Shown piece after piece: positions 40,079 to 58,448 of a stretch of 64,000 nucleotides of DNA (positions are counted from its first letter, which is position 1; the number at the start of each line of letters is the position of its first letter). A model generated the notes under the pieces. The model saw nothing but the letters and a program-made list of their open reading frames with translations, did no database searches and was not told the origin of the DNA. The stretch comes from Eledone cirrhosa (taxonomy: Eukaryota). The translations under genes were made by a program, and so were the position numbers. The DNA is taken from the NCBI GenBank assembly GCA_964016885.1, contig OZ024743.1:320168001-320232000 (forward strand), in the 5' to 3' direction.

Positions 40079-42346
40079 ACATATATATACTAATAGTAAT
40101 GAGATTCACAGAAAGATGCACTAGTATATGTGTGTACGGCTCCGGCGTTGACCAGTTTTGCTCAATGACCGAAAGAGTTAAAATAATCAATTAATCAGAG
40201 CTATTTATCAAACTAAAAATGCGAGTAAATAATAGAGAAAAATATACCTATTTTTCTTCACAGTCCAGACTGCAGTTTCGCCAAATTGCTTTGCAGTAAT
40301 CATTCACTTCTATAGTGCATCTATGCAGCAAAGCAATTTGGCGAAACTGCAGTCAGGATTTTGAAGAAAAAATAGGCATATTTTTGTCTAATATTTCCTC
40401 GCATTTTTAGTTTGATCAGACCATGACGCAACACAATTGGCGGCGTCATCAGATGTAAAGAACATAAAAGATGTAAAAGATTTAGTTCAGTAATCCCTAC
40501 AGGGTTACGGCATATTATAAACACATAATCGATACTGAGGCTGCCCGGCCAGCGATGCAATTCGGTATATTTTTCTCTATTATTTACTCGTATTTTTAAT
40601 TTGATAAATAGCTCTGATTAATTAATTATTCTAATTATGCCTTACTAGACTTCTTTTCTAGTATTTGGCTCTCAAATATGAACACCTTCTTCAATCAGTC
40701 ATCCATAAATATACATGGTATGAAAGGAATCGGAGATAGAAATAAAAAATGTTGTTATTGACTCTGATCTTTTCGATTCTCTGCTGGTTGTTCATATTAA
40801 GAGAGAGGCTGAACTGTTAATTGATCACCATCTAGTTATTTGTAACTTGAGACTAACTAATGTCAAGAGAGCCCACAGATCTGGCAGCTTTAAGTCGTCT
40901 ACAGAATTAAGTGGCAAATGTTGACGGATAAGAAAATAAGGAACAGTTATGCGGATACTATTGCATAAAAATTCAGAGAACTGAGTAAAGCGATGTTGTT
41001 GAAACAGAGTAGTGACTGTTTAGCTCGGTAGTTTCTAATTCAGCTGTTAAATGTTGCGGCTGAAATGTTGCGGCATATCATCAACACATTGTTGTTTCAT
41101 ATGTCTTAGTCTTTGTGTTTTAAATATATTTGAGCTGTTTAGAGTTAAAATCCTTGTAACAGGTACTAAGACTATTACATGCAATAATATCAATACTATT
41201 ATTATTAAAATGTATTATAAGGTAGGTATTGTTATATGGAGATCATCGTAGTCTTATATTTTAGTCTTATGCTCTTTCCCCAATGGCTTGCCATGGAGGA
41301 AACAGGAAAATAGTTAACTGAACTCCTTGCCCAAGTAAAACAGACGTGAACATTTCAGAATCAAGGGAAAAATTACACACGTTCGTCTAGCCTATGATAA
41401 TAGCCCCCTCTACAGAAACCCGCAAATAATCAATACAGGGACACTGTGCATGTTCACGACAACATTTAATTTTCTTTATTGTTTTGTCAATATTTTGTTT
41501 TACGTCTCATTAGGATAATTTACATGGTTCTTCTAATCTTGGCTCAATGAACGTTTCAATATAGCTAAGCTGCAAACGAATTCTAGATTCGTTTAATTCG
41601 ATGAATATGAGATATTGTATTTCTTATCGGGGTAACCTGTGTGATAGGAAGACATGAAGGTAAGGGGCTGGTGTAGTACAGTAGCAATAGTGTTTCTTTT
41701 AATAAGGTTTTTGACATAGCAGAATTTTCCCCTCTACAAATTTAAAGACAACGCTTTCTACACCCAGCGCATTATCAAGGAATCACATTTTATCGCTAAA
41801 TCCGAATCCCCTCTAAATGCATCTATTTCAAACGAAATTGCAGCTGGCACACTTTAAAATTAGCACCTTGCACAAATTAAGGAAGATCTCTTTGAAACAT
41901 TCACACTGCAGGTCAATTTAAGAATGACAGCATTACAGACAGAAATATCAATATATATATTTTTAGAAACAATTAGTTCCTCAGTCAACTCTAAGGTCAC
42001 TCAATCATTTAAGTCAACCCCACGGACAGCTCCCATTACCCTTATTAATTGTGATACTATTACTACTACACCTTCCTGTCGTCCCCTTCTGATTCATCCA
42101 CCCCTTCTCCGTCTTCCCCTTCCTTACCATAGCCCTGGTATTACTACCACACCTATCCCATGACCCTCCCTCGTTGAGAAAGCATATATGCTGAAAGCGG
42201 TACAATTAAATGCGGAAATCCCTATTTTGTTAATAAATGTTTTGATGTTATTCTGAGACAGAATCCTTTTAGTATTTTCTACTGTTCATTTTCCTTTATT
42301 ACTATTTTTTATGTATATCAACTCGTGTGTCACTTCTATACATTCC

Positions 42347-42427
<81 letters not shown>

Positions 42428-43601
42428 TGTATATATAGTGTATTTCATAATACAATGTATGCTTAATTAAAATCATTTTGAAGACCATACGCTATTGCTT
42501 TAAAATACTGACTATGTCACTTATTTAAATTTTCCGCAAACAGGGGAGATAAACTGACAGAGCTCTGTTTCGTACTTTTTGGTACTTATCAAAGCTCACT
42601 ACTCAACTTGTTTGCTGAAAACTATGTGTGTTGGATTCTTATAGAATTCCAGTAATAATCAGGAACTGATTATACAGAGCAGTCGCCGGCCCAGCAGAAA
42701 TTGAAAATTAGAATTGGTGCTCTGAAATAGCGATAAATATATGAATGTATATATAGTGTATTTTGCAATACAATGTATGCTTAATTAAAGCATTTTGAAG
42801 ATCATACGCTATTGTTTTAAAATAGTGACAATGTCACTATTTTAAAACAATAACGTATGGTCTTCAAAATGCTTTTAATTAAGCATACATTTTCTAGAAA
42901 TACTCGAAATATTAACTTTCACTATAATGTGTAATTTTGACACAACACAGCTATTGTTAACTAATGATTAGATTATTTAATATCTATTTAAATGTTGATT
43001 TGAAGGTGTTGATCCGTGTGGCAAGAAACCATGCCAAAATTGAGGTGTTTGTACCAACAACGGCAAAATTTACAGTTGCTATTGTATGGCTGTATTGTCA
43101 GGGACAGATTGTACTGTTGATAAGTAGAATATAACAATTAATTATTGACATACTTATGTCTAAGCCTTAATAAATATAATGGTTTCTGGTTTAGGTGCAA
43201 GGATTTGAAATCACACCATAAAGAGCCGTATCTTTTTGCTGCAAAGCATGGCGTCCGACCCTCTACCGATACTGCCAATCCACTCTAATGATAATGATGG
43301 TTTCTTATATTAGATTCATTGTTATCGTGTAAATGATGACATAGAAAGTCATCCATGAAACTCGGGGTTGTATTATAATTTTCAATAACAGGATTAGCAA
43401 AAAACATGGATTAATACATAGAATATAAATAACCACAAGAAATTATCAAATAAATCGTCAATAATCATATAGGTGATAATAAGTACACATATCAAAAAGC
43501 CCGGATTATGATGATACATTTAATGCTTTGTCACCAGCATATAGTTCCATTATTAGATATTGCACTACATAACAATGGGAAATAACCCATTATTAACAAC
43601 A

Positions 43602-43692
<91 letters not shown>

Positions 43693-43921
43693 TTACTACT
43701 ACTACTGGAATTCAAGATAATCTTAAGAACTATTTAAAACTAGTTTAAACTAGTTTAAAACATTAATTTTTAATTTATTGCGATTCACTCTTCTATTTGT
43801 TAAATTTCTTCACAAGGACGTATTTTATTTGTTTGTAAAAATTAGGATCATTTTCAGTCCATGCATTTATTGATAACTGATGATTAGTATATTTAATATC
43901 TATTTAAATATTGATTTGCAG

Positions 43922-44032
43922 TTGAACCCTGTGACACGAAACCATGCCAAAATGGAGGAGTTTGTAAAAACAGCGGCAAAACATACTCTTGCTTATGTAA
44001 GGGTGGATTCTCTGGGAAAGATTGTTCTGTTG
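43922..44032 (+). CDS. EGF-like domain exon, copy 2
   Basis: Same sequence and splice sites as 29677-29787. Confidence 0.93.
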
Positions 44033-44168
44033 GTAAGAAGAATATAATAATTAATTATTTACTTATATATGCCTTCACCTTGATATATTGAATTGAATAC
44101 ACTAAATGTTTATGTATAACGACTTTCCCTGTCAGAAATTCTCTGACAAAATAATGTATAGTTATACA

Positions 44169-44323
<155 letters not shown>

Positions 44324-44374
44324 ATATATTATGGAATACTGTTGGCTTTTGCTACAATGTTTACTATACCTTTC

Positions 44375-44443
<69 letters not shown>

Positions 44444-44799
44444 TATATACATATATATATATAAATCAAGAAAGAAGAATTGACTGGTTATAATAAAGAA
44501 TTGGTGATCGATTGACGCAAAAACAGGCGGATAGCGATCTCTAGACCTACCAGTTCAGAGAAACAATTGTCAGCGATGTGAATGGAGCCCTTATTGTATA
44601 GCAAACCATGTCACTCTTCTCTTTTGATCTATTATTACTCCAAGTGTAAACTACATAGAAATCACCGCGTACTCGCAGCATCACTATTGAAACGTCTTGT
44701 TGAGTCAAACTTAGCCAAGCGTTAATACTATCCACTACTCGGAGTACCCTAACTGGACTACATCTAAGTGGACTACCTATAACGATAATTTGTTATCCC

Positions 44800-46847
<2,048 letters not shown>

Positions 46848-46948
46848 TACCCACTCTACTACCCTAAGTATTGAGTACTTGGTGCGTAATGGTCCTCCTG
46901 GCTCCTTACCACATTTCCTTCGTTTTATATATATATATATTTATATAT

Positions 46949-46997
<49 letters not shown>

Positions 46998-49900
46998 TGA
47001 ATAGAGAGAGAGAGAGTGACAGATATTAGAGAGTCTAACATGGCAAAAACACATGGAGATATGCATATATCCTTCACATAAACTTGTATCTGTTGCTACT
47101 AATGTTGTTACTACTATTATTAAAAACATTAGTACTCACAGATACGTTTTGTGAAGGTTCTATGTATATTATTAAAAACAAGTGTTTCTGGAAATACTAG
47201 TAATATCAACATTCACTCTAATGCTGATAATGGTTTCTTATATTAGATAGAAATAGCATCGATTATATGGGTACAATACGCGATGACATACAATGTCAGC
47301 GATGATATTACTTCGAATAAATAACAATAGAAATAGCAAAAAAATAAACAGAACGTTAATTACAACATTAATAACCACTGGAAATTATCAAGTAAATTTC
47401 GCGAATCATGTAGGCATTAATAAGTACACATATCACAAACCCTGAATTAGGCTGACACTCAAAATGTATGTCTTCTAAGTTTTGCCAGCAGCCAACATCC
47501 ACATAATTTGAAGACGTTCATAAGTTTCTGACAGCGAGAAATATCTCAGGCTTCAAATCTTTCGATTCTTTACATCTCGTAAATTCTTTGCTGCAGAGTA
47601 GTTGTTGGCAGTATAAAGACTCAGTACGAACAGATTGAAAATATCAACTCTCTTCTCCTCGCGATAAAAAAACAAACGGTAAAACTTCAAAATTAACTGG
47701 CACGTAGGCTGTTTCTGTCAAGCGCATGTTAATAGCTGTTCTATATAAACATATCAGCAATGCACCGATACTTCTTATTACGAAGTCGGTGAATGGCGAA
47801 CACTTTTTTGCTGATCTGAAGTCGGATTCAAGCCTAACCCCAAAGTGACCACATATCTTAACTTTGGACGCTTTTACAGTCTCTGCTGCAATTTATCGTG
47901 CCTGCTTATACCGCAAGTGAAAGGAGGGCTTATTGCCAAGCCAAGCTTTGTAAACCTCCTTCTTTGCTCGGATGGCATGTTGAACCTCTTCATTGAACCA
48001 AGAAGTCTTCCTGCCAATCGGCGCAAGACCAAGCCTCTTTTGCAAGCAGGATTTAACAGCTGAAGCAGAAACTTCTGTGCTGAACAATCTCTGAATTTGG
48101 ATGCAATTGGATCTGCATAACTGGCCTTCATTTCCTTTTCCACCAATGCTTCCCGTTCTATCCAGGAGGTCGCTCTGGAACTGCCAGTTTTCTGGGCTTC
48201 TTTGGCTTTAGGTACTCAAGTTGCAGATAACAAGATGGTGATCACTTGACAGCTCAGCCCCTCTCTTAACTCGAGTCCAATCTAGCTGATGAACAGTGTG
48301 GTTTTCTCCGCGGACGCAGCATAGCCGACCAAATATTCACACATCGTGGGAGTATTGCCAAGATATATATTCTTGTGTTATCGAACTTCGGAAGACATAT
48401 GATCACATTCCACGGGACCTGCTATGGAAGTTTGTGCAGGAGTATGGGATTGATGGTCAGCTTCTTGCTGTCTTGATGTCTCTATATGAATTCCCGAAAC
48501 CATTCAATGTCGGAATCGGAATCTCCTTTTAATTATTTACATAAACAGGATTGTATGCGCAGCCGGTTTGGAAGTGGTATCGTGTCTGGCATTTGTAAAA
48601 TGGGTCGCATGGAATTTTCAGACGACATGGTGCTACATAACTCGACAGATCTTTGACTTCCGCATCTCACCTTCCTTCTGAAGGATACTTAAAGAAAAGG
48701 ATAAGTTGGTGTCCGGAGAGAAAGGTGTTTGCCCTCAGTCCTTTTAACCTCGTCCACCATATTACCTCTCTCGCCATAGCCACCAGACAGAGGAAAACCG
48801 TCTCTCCTTCGTTCTTAAATGAAGGCGGCGGGGTGATCCTCACGATTGTCTCGGCTGACAACTGGATGCGTCCCACACATGACAGCAGCTGTTCGACATA
48901 ATAGGTTTGATGCCGAGTGCTGCATGGCTGGAATTAAAATCAGTGCTGCAAAAACTGAGACACTCGTCCACTCGAGGAAGCCTGCAAACTGCACGCTACA
49001 TATGAGTGGAGTTTCACTGAAGCAGGTAGAGAAGTTCAAGTATCTCGGGGCCGTGTTCACGAGTGATGGAAGGCAGGAGGCTGAATTAAATGCAAGAATT
49101 GCAAAATCTGGAGTAGTAATCCGCCACCTGCAGCATTCAGAAGGGAGGTAGGCGTAAAAGCAAAACTCGCTATCTTCAATTAGTCTTTCGTGCCAACCCT
49201 TACCTATGGTCATGTATCTTGTTTAATGACCGAAGAATACGATCGCGAATACAAGTGGCAGAAATAGAATTCCTCTGATGGGTATTTAGAGTACAGGAAT
49301 CTGAGGATCATTATATGTAGAACCGCTACTTCTCCGAATTGAGAGATAACAGCTCCAATACTATGGGCATGTGGTTAGAATGTCTCGGGTAAGAATCGCT
49401 GGACAGATTTTCCGGAAAAAACCAACCGGCAGAAACCCAGGGGTAGATCCCGATTAAGATGGTTAGATAACATCCATGAGCTTGGCTGGTCACGCTTGGG
49501 GATCCAGCCGGATCAGTTGGAGACGGTAGCTTCTGACAGGACTAGCTAGAAGGAGTGTTTGAGGACTCTGACCCTACGACCCTCTCGGGAAAAAGTGGGT
49601 GATGAAGAGTAAGAGTAAAAGAAGTAAATAGATAAATAAGTAAATAAATGTCCAGGTATTGTTATCTACCCTTCAGTCTTGTATTATCACATAAGTAAGT
49701 TCTCTCTGTTAAAGTTCGGTTTAATGTTTAACAAGCAGTATTGCGATTCTATTCACTGACATGTGATGATGAATATGGGATTCCTCTTCTTTAAATATCA
49801 ACAAAAGTGGTCATTTGTTTCTACACCTATGTTACTGGAGAGGAAACTATGATAACTAATCCCACAGTGATATTAATAGCCATAGATATGACGTTCTATA

Positions 49901-50294
49901 TATATATACATGCACACACGCGCTCGCGCGCGCACACACACACATATATATATATTATTTTTATTTTGAAACGGAAGCAGATAAATCCACGAACCTTGAG
50001 ACCTACAAACACGGCCAAGTATAAATGCATAACGTATGCATGATTTTCATCGAAATATGTATATATAAACTTTTGTTAACAAAATTTTAAGTTTCAAATA
50101 TCATAAAGAGACAAAAACATAAATATACATAAGAAGTGCATTTATAATTTTATCCTGATAAATCAAATTCAGCTAATGATGTCATTTGCAATATAATTAC
50201 ATGTAAAGCTTTAGAAACTAAATTTATTGTCTGTAATAGAAATTGATTTTGACATAGTACTAATTTTTTTATTTTTTTCATTTTCCTTATTAAG

Positions 50295-50312
50295 CACCAC
50301 CCCTACAACCAA
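50295..50312 (+). CDS. Linker microexon, copy 3 (APPLQP)
   Basis: Identical to 21832-21849 with the same splice sites. Confidence 0.62.
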
Positions 50313-50352
50313 GTAAGTAGCTGCATCTCTCTATTTCTCTCTCTCTCTCACT

Positions 50353-50386
<34 letters not shown>

Positions 50387-50423
50387 CTATCTAGCTATGT
50401 ATCTACCTATCTCTCTCTATATA

Positions 50424-50506
<83 letters not shown>

Positions 50507-50540
50507 ACATATATACATATATGTCTATCTTTCTGTTTTT

Positions 50541-50588
<48 letters not shown>

Positions 50589-53070
50589 ATCTATCTATCT
50601 ATCTATCTATCTAATATCTATCTAAATATCTGTCTATCTATCTATTTATCAATTTATCAATCCATCCAACATCCCATTCAATATTCAATCCTGGCATTGT
50701 TACTGTCAAACCACGCACATTAAAAAAAAAAAACATTTCTTTATCAACAGCCTCAATGCTGACTATAATTCCTCTCCAACTTTAGAAAGAGGATCTCAAT
50801 TCGTGGCTAGGAACTTGCTGTTTTCTTCATCAAATCTGCTTCCTTATAAGGGTCATTTTACCTGCCACATCAGTTTAATGTTTCGTCACTTTCCTTAAGA
50901 TGCTATGGCAATTTCACGTTAGGCTAGCTCTCAAGTTAAAGTAATTCGAGAGTCCAGGGGTTTTGTTTGAGATTGTGTTCTGGGTGTCGAAACCGCGGGT
51001 GTGTAGAAATGGTCGACCATTTTTTTTTTCACTCTGTATACAAGTTATATTTTTCACGTTCTGTATACAAGTTATATTTTAACCTCATTGACTCATTATG
51101 ATGATTCGGAAGACCCATTTTTAAGTTCTCACTGAAAAGACACTGGTAGCTTGGACATTTCTACTGCTGGATGCTACTTGCCCCTGGCCATTACTGCTGA
51201 TAATGATGAAGTAGTGGGACATATTGCCTTGCTTAATTTGTGACAATTTCCGGAGCCTCAACTGATGGCAATATAGTAGCAATAAGCTATGGTTTGTCTT
51301 AATATCTATTACGCAGATGTCAGCAAAACCTCTGATGTCAAATATATCTACGTTGTTATCAACATTCACTTCGAGAGTGCCGTTAGAGTCGACATGTCTA
51401 ATAAGCTAGAATCGAAGACAGGCTGGGATAGACAATACCATGGCCAATATTTGGTAAGGCGTGTCAGAAGAAAATGATATCAACTTGTATGCCAGGAAAG
51501 GCTCAGATGCTTCAGGGTCAAAACAAAAACGGAAGTACTAGTTCATGAAGCGAAAGTTTGGTCATGAAGAACTATGAGAATAGAATAATAAAAACGGATC
51601 CTAAAACTAAATGGAGAACGTACAAGCATTACTGTTGACTCCATTACCTCTGAAGGCCCGGTTCTTCCCAATTCTGAATATATACACGAGTATGCTCCAA
51701 TTGACAACCATATGCACTGGACAGTATGACAAATCTTCATGAAACTGGACAAGAAGCAGTATAAAAATATACTAAACACGGTATATGACATCAGCTTGGC
51801 GAAAAACCTCTGGAATATGCCCATAAAAAACAGAAAATGAAATCAAGGCAAACTATCAAAATAAAATAGTCAAAGATTTAACAAACCCACACGTGTACAC
51901 TAATATATATTGAAATTACTACTGACCAAAATATTGCTAGAAAAATAGTGAAACAACTGTCACTATACAATATGTAGTGTAAAAACACTGCTGTATGTTA
52001 AAAATAACAACAAAACATTGACGCTGTACTAGGGTGCACAGGGCAATAATCTTTCCACAGAAAAACACTGCTAGGAACAGCTCACACCATGGGCAAGGCA
52101 TTATCAATTCGAAGCAAATTTTAATGGTTAATAATTTAGACACAGGGACACAGTTTTATAGGTAGAATAATGCAACAAATTCGACATCAGCCATTTCGTG
52201 GTACTTTATTTATCGACCTTGAAATGTTGAACAGGAAATTTGACCTTGAGGTTATTCACTTAAGAATATAAAGAGATTAAAAAAAGTAACGGTTTCTGAT
52301 TAAGGCACAGTGCATTATCAATTTTGCCAATTGACCGCCATCGACATCTTTCTTTTTCTTTACAATTAAACATGTTCTTGCATTTAATTTCCACTTTTAT
52401 TTAGTGATAACGCAATAGCTGATATTATATTAGTGCTGGACGACTGAAATTATGATAAAATTAGAGAAAGGAAAGTCATTCGTAAAGACGATAGGAAACA
52501 TCTTTAATATTAATCAAAACAGCGTTAGAGTCGGAGCCCTGTCATTCAGTTTCCAAACCAAAGTGAAGTTTAACCAACATAAATATTAAGTCAATGAGAT
52601 ATTAGGAGGGTTATCGGTAGAATAACATACAAATTGGAAGTGCCTACACACACAAGGTTCTTGGTTACTTGAGAAAATATTTTAATCCATGATTCGTAGA
52701 TATGCTAAGTGTCCTGAATATTGCAATCATTATATACAAGGGAAAATCTGAAAATGCAAGGTTTACAACCGAATCGACCTCAGCAGAATTTGAAAACATA
52801 ACATATAAGGCATTTTGTCCGACGTTCTACTGATGTCACCATAGCACCCATCCACACTTACAGCAGTAATATCCCTATAATCATAATGATACTTAAGAAT
52901 AATTGCTTAATAGACATTGCCGTAATCTTCTACGATATTATGAATTACAATAAAATATATACAATCATATATATTAATATAAAGCTACTTATAATCTTAC
53001 TTTCTAAATGATGTAAACTTTACTATCGTGTTTTTTTTCATGTCTTGGCAATATTTTGTTTTACTTTTAG

Positions 53071-53637
53071 CTTGTAATAACGCAGTTGCTGATGTTGTGT
53101 TCGTGCTGGATGAATCCGGTAGTGTTAAACTCCACAACTTTAAAAAAATGAGGAATTTTGTTAAAGACATAGTGAGTTCTTTTGACATCGGTCGCGACAG
53201 CATTCGTGTTGGAGTCGTAAAATTCAGTTACAATCCCACAAATGTGTTTTACCTGAAGAAATATTATACGAAGAACGACATAATAAAAGCTATCGATAGA
53301 ATACCTTACAAGAAAGGAAGTACTTACACGCACAAGGTTCTTAATTACTTGAGAACTAGTGCTTTTAAGGCAAGCAATGGAGATAGACAAAATGCCCCGA
53401 ATATTGCTATCGTTATAACTGATGGAAAATCTAAAAATGCAACCTTAACAGCTGAGGCAGCAAGGAAATTACGAAAAGAGAACACGATAGTTTTTGCTAT
53501 TGGAATCGGCAAAGGTATTGAAAAAGCTGAGTTAAATACGATTGGTAGCTCGCCAAGCAGGGAATATGTATTTTCAGTCGACAACTTTGATATTCTAAAA
53601 TCAATCGAAAAGGAATTGGTTGAAAAAACTTGTGGAG
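53071..53637 (+). CDS. vWA domain exon, copy 3
   Basis: As copy 2; FDILK instead of FDVLK. Confidence 0.93.
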
Positions 53638-54126
53638 GTATGTACGAAATTATGTATCGATATTTTGAGCACTTACTTGAAAATCTATAAATTTTCCCTT
53701 CATATCTTTGCATAACCCGAAATTAGGATGTACAGCCGTATGAAGGATATGGGGTACTAGAAGAGAACTTCTCATAATCCTTGAAGTATTAACATGGGTT
53801 TTAATTATGGTTAATCAATTATAGTCTTCGTTGAACTCTTAACGTATTCAATTAATCAATGAATAAATGATGATGATATGCAAACTAAGTGGTCTTCCGA
53901 TCCTGTAATTAGTTAAATGCCATACCTTTAATATTTTCTCGACTGCACAAACGATGTTGATGGCCAGGCACCTTCAGATTCATTACAGCTTTACTTCTAG
54001 AAACAAGTGTTCCTGAAAATTGACTAAGTGTATTTTGTATTATATTTTGGCGTGTGAAATATTTCTCATACAACGTTACGAAAATATAATTTTTTAAATG
54101 CATATACACGCGCACACATACACACA

Positions 54127-54167
<41 letters not shown>

Positions 54168-56429
54168 ACATATATATACTAATAGTAATGAGATTCACAG
54201 AAAGATGCACTAGTATATGTGTGTACGGCTCCGGCGTTGACCAGTTTTGCTCAATGACCGAAAGAGTTAAAATAATCAATTAATCAGAGCTATTTATCAA
54301 ACTAAAAATGCGAGTAAATAATAGAGAAAAATATACCTATTTTTCTTCACAGTCCAGACTGCAGTTTCGCCAAATTGCTTTGCAGTAATCATTCACTTCT
54401 ATAGTGCATCTATGCAGCAAAGCAATTTGGCGAAACTGCAGTCAGGATTTTGAAGAAAAAATAGGCATATTTTTGTCTAATATTTCCTCGCATTTTTAGT
54501 TTGATCAGACCATGACGCAACACAATTGGCGGCGTCATCAGATGTAAAGAACATAAAAGATGTAAAAGATTTAGTTCAGTAATCCCTACAGGGTTACGGC
54601 ATATTATAAACACATAATCGATACTGAGGCTGCCCGGCCAGCGATGCAATTCGGTATATTTTTCTCTATTATTTACTCGTATTTTTAATTTGATAAATAG
54701 CTCTGATTAATTAATTATTCTAATTATGCCTTACTAGACTTCTTTTCTAGTATTTGGCTCTCAAATATGAACACCTTCTTCAATCAGTCATCCATAAATA
54801 TACATGGTATGAAAGGAATCGGAGATAGAAATAAAAAATGTTGTTATTGACTCTGATCTTTTCGATTCTCTGCTGGTTGTTCATATTAAGAGAGAGGCTG
54901 AACTGTTAATTGATCACCATCTAGTTATTTGTAACTTGAGACTAACTAATGTCAAGAGAGCCCACAGATCTGGCAGCTTTAAGTCGTCTACAGAATTAAG
55001 TGGCAAATGTTGACGGATAAGAAAATAAGGAACAGTTATGCGGATACTATTGCATAAAAATTCAGAGAACTGAGTAAAGCGATGTTGTTGAAACAGAGTA
55101 GTGACTGTTTAGCTCGGTAGTTTCTAATTCAGCTGTTAAATGTTGCGGCTGAAATGTTGCGGCATATCATCAACACATTGTTGTTTCATATGTCTTAGTC
55201 TTTGTGTTTTAAATATATTTGAGCTGTTTAGAGTTAAAATCCTTGTAACAGGTACTAAGACATGCAATAATATCAATACTATTATTATTAAAATGTATTA
55301 TAAGGTAGGTATTGTTATATGGAGATCATCGTAGTCTTATATTTTAGTCTTATGCTCTTTCCCCAATGGCTTGCCATGGAGGAAACAGGAAAATAGTTAA
55401 CTGAACTCCTTGCCCAAGTAAAACAGACGTGAACATTTCAGAATCAAGGGAAAAATTACACACGTTCGTCTAGCCTATGATAATAGCCCCCTCTACAGAA
55501 ACCCGCAAATAATCAATACAGGGACACTGTGCATGTTCACGACAACATTTAATTTTCTTTATTGTTTTGTCAATATTTTGTTTTACGTCTCATTAGGATA
55601 ATTTACATGGTTCTTCTAATCTTGGCTCAATGAACGTTTCAATATAGCTAAGCTGCAAACGAATTCTAGATTCGTTTAATTCGATGAATATGAGATATTG
55701 TATTTCTTATCGGGGTAACCTGTGTGATAGGAAGACATGAAGGTAAGGGGCTGGTGTAGTACAGTAGCAATAGTGTTTCTTTTAATAAGGTTTTTGACAT
55801 AGCAGAATTTTCCCCTCTACAAATTTAAAGACAACGCTTTCTCCACCCAGCGCATTATCAAGGAATCACATTTTATCGCTAAATCCGAATCCCCTCTAAA
55901 TGCATCTATTTCAAACGAAATTGCAGCTGGCACACTTTAAAATTAGCACCTTGCACAAATTAAGGAAGATCTCTTTGAAACATTCACACTGCAGGTCAAT
56001 TTAAGAATGACAGCATTACAGACAGAAATATCAATATATATATTTTTAGAAACAATTAGTTCCTCAGTCAACTCTAAGGTCACTCAATCATTTAAGTCAA
56101 CCCCACGGACAGCTCCCATTACCCTTATTAATTGTGATACTATTACTACTACACCTTCCTGTCGTCCCCTTCTGATTCATCCACCCCTTCTCCGTCTTCC
56201 CCTTTCTTACCATAGCCCTGGTATTACTACCACACCTATCCCATGACCCTCCCTCGTTGAGAAAGCATATATGCTGAAAGCGGTACAATTAAATGCGGAA
56301 ATCCCTATTTTGTTAATAAATGTTTTGATGTTATTCTGAGACAGAATCCTTTTAGTATTTTCTACTGTTCATTTTCCTTTATTACTATTTTTTATGTATA
56401 TCAACTCGTGTGTCACTTCTATACATTCC

Positions 56430-56480
<51 letters not shown>

Positions 56481-57658
56481 TGTATATATAGTGTATTTCG
56501 TAATACAATGTATGCTTAATTAAAATCATTTTGAAGACCATACGCTATTGCTTTAAAATACTGACTATGTCACTTATTTAAATTTTCCGCAAACAGGGGA
56601 GATAAACTAACAGAGCTCTGTTTCGTACTTTTTGGTACTTATCAAAGCTCACTACTCAACTTGTTTGCTGAAAACTATGTGCGTTGGATTCTTATAGAAT
56701 TCCAGTAATAATCAGGAACTGATTATACAGAGCAGTCGCCGGCCCAGCAGAAATTGAAAATTAGAATTGGTGCTCTGAAATAGCGATATATATATGAATG
56801 TATATATAGTGTATTTTGCAATACAATGTATGCTTAATTAAAACATTTTGAAGATCATACGCTATTGTTTTAAAATAGTGACAATGTCACTATTTTAAAA
56901 CAATAACGTATGGTCTTCAAAATGCTTTTAATTAAGCATACATTTTCTAGAAATACTCGAAATATTAACTTTCACTATAATGTGTAATTTTGACACAACA
57001 CAGCTATTGTTAACTAATGATTAGATTATTTAATATCTATTTAAATGTTGATTTGAAGGTGTTGATCCGTGTGGCAAGAAACCATGCCAAAATTGAGGTG
57101 TTTGTACCAACAACGGCAAAATTTACAGTTGCTATTGTATGGCTGTATTGTCAGGGACAGATTGTACTGTTGATAAGTAGAATATAACAATTAATTATTG
57201 ACATACTTATGTCTAAGCCTTAATAAATATAATGGTTTCTGGTTTAGGTGCAAGGATTTGAAATCACACCATAAAGAGCCGTATCTTTTTGCTGCAAAGC
57301 ATGGCGTCCGACCCTCTACCGATACTGCCAATCCACTCTAATGATAATGATGGTTTCTTATATTAGATTCATTGTTATCGTGTAAATGATGACATAGAAA
57401 GTCATCCATGAAACTCGGGGTTGTATTATAATTTTCAATAACAGGATTAGCAAAAAACATGGATTAATACATAGAATATAAATAACCACAAGAAATTATC
57501 AAATAAATCGTCAATAATCATATAGGTGATAATAAGTACACATATCAAAAAGCCCGGATTATGATGATACATTTAATGCTTTGTCACCAGCATATAGTTC
57601 CATTATTAGATATTGCACTACATAACAATGGGAAATAACCCATTATTAACAACAACTA

Positions 57659-57732
<74 letters not shown>

Positions 57733-57947
57733 GGAATTCAAGATAATCTTAAGAACTATTTAAAACTAGTTTAAACTAGTTTAAAACATTAACTTTTAAT
57801 TTATTGCGATTCACTCTTCTATTTGTTAAATTTCTTCACAAGGACGTATTTTATTTGTTTGTAAAAATTAGGATCATTTTCAGTCGATGCATTTATTGAT
57901 AACTGATGATTAGTATATTTAATATCTATTTAAATATTGATTTGCAG

Positions 57948-58058
57948 TTGAACCCTGTGACACGAAACCATGCCAAAATGGAGGAGTTTGTAAAAACAGC
58001 GGCAAAACATACTCTTGCTTATGTAAGGGTGGATTCTCTGGGAAAGATTGTTCTGTTG
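57948..58058 (+). CDS. EGF-like domain exon, copy 3
   Basis: Same sequence and splice sites as 29677-29787. Confidence 0.93.
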
Positions 58059-58206
58059 GTAAGAAGAATATAATAATTAATTATTTACTTATATATGCCT
58101 TCACCTTGATATATTGAATTGAATGCACTAAATGTTTATGTATAACGACTTTCCCTGTCAGAAATTCTCTGACAAAATAATGTATAGTTATACAGGATAT
58201 ATATAT

Positions 58207-58250
58207 TCTTTTACCTGTTTCAGCCATCCGGCTGAGGCCATGCTGGGGCA

Positions 58251-58252
<2 letters not shown>
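58207..58252 (-). mobile_element. Copy-specific ~46-bp insertion in (TA)n, probably the 3' tail of a second SINE family
   Basis: tcttttacctgtttcagccatccggctgaggccatgctggggcacc is absent from the equivalent TA tracts at ~29930 and ~44175. Resembles an octopus SINE end (recalled, not searched). Confidence 0.6.
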
Positions 58253-58311
<59 letters not shown>

Positions 58312-58379
58312 ATATATATATATATATTATATATTATGGAATACTGTTGGCTTTTGCTACAATGTTTACTATACCTTTC

Positions 58380-58448
<69 letters not shown>

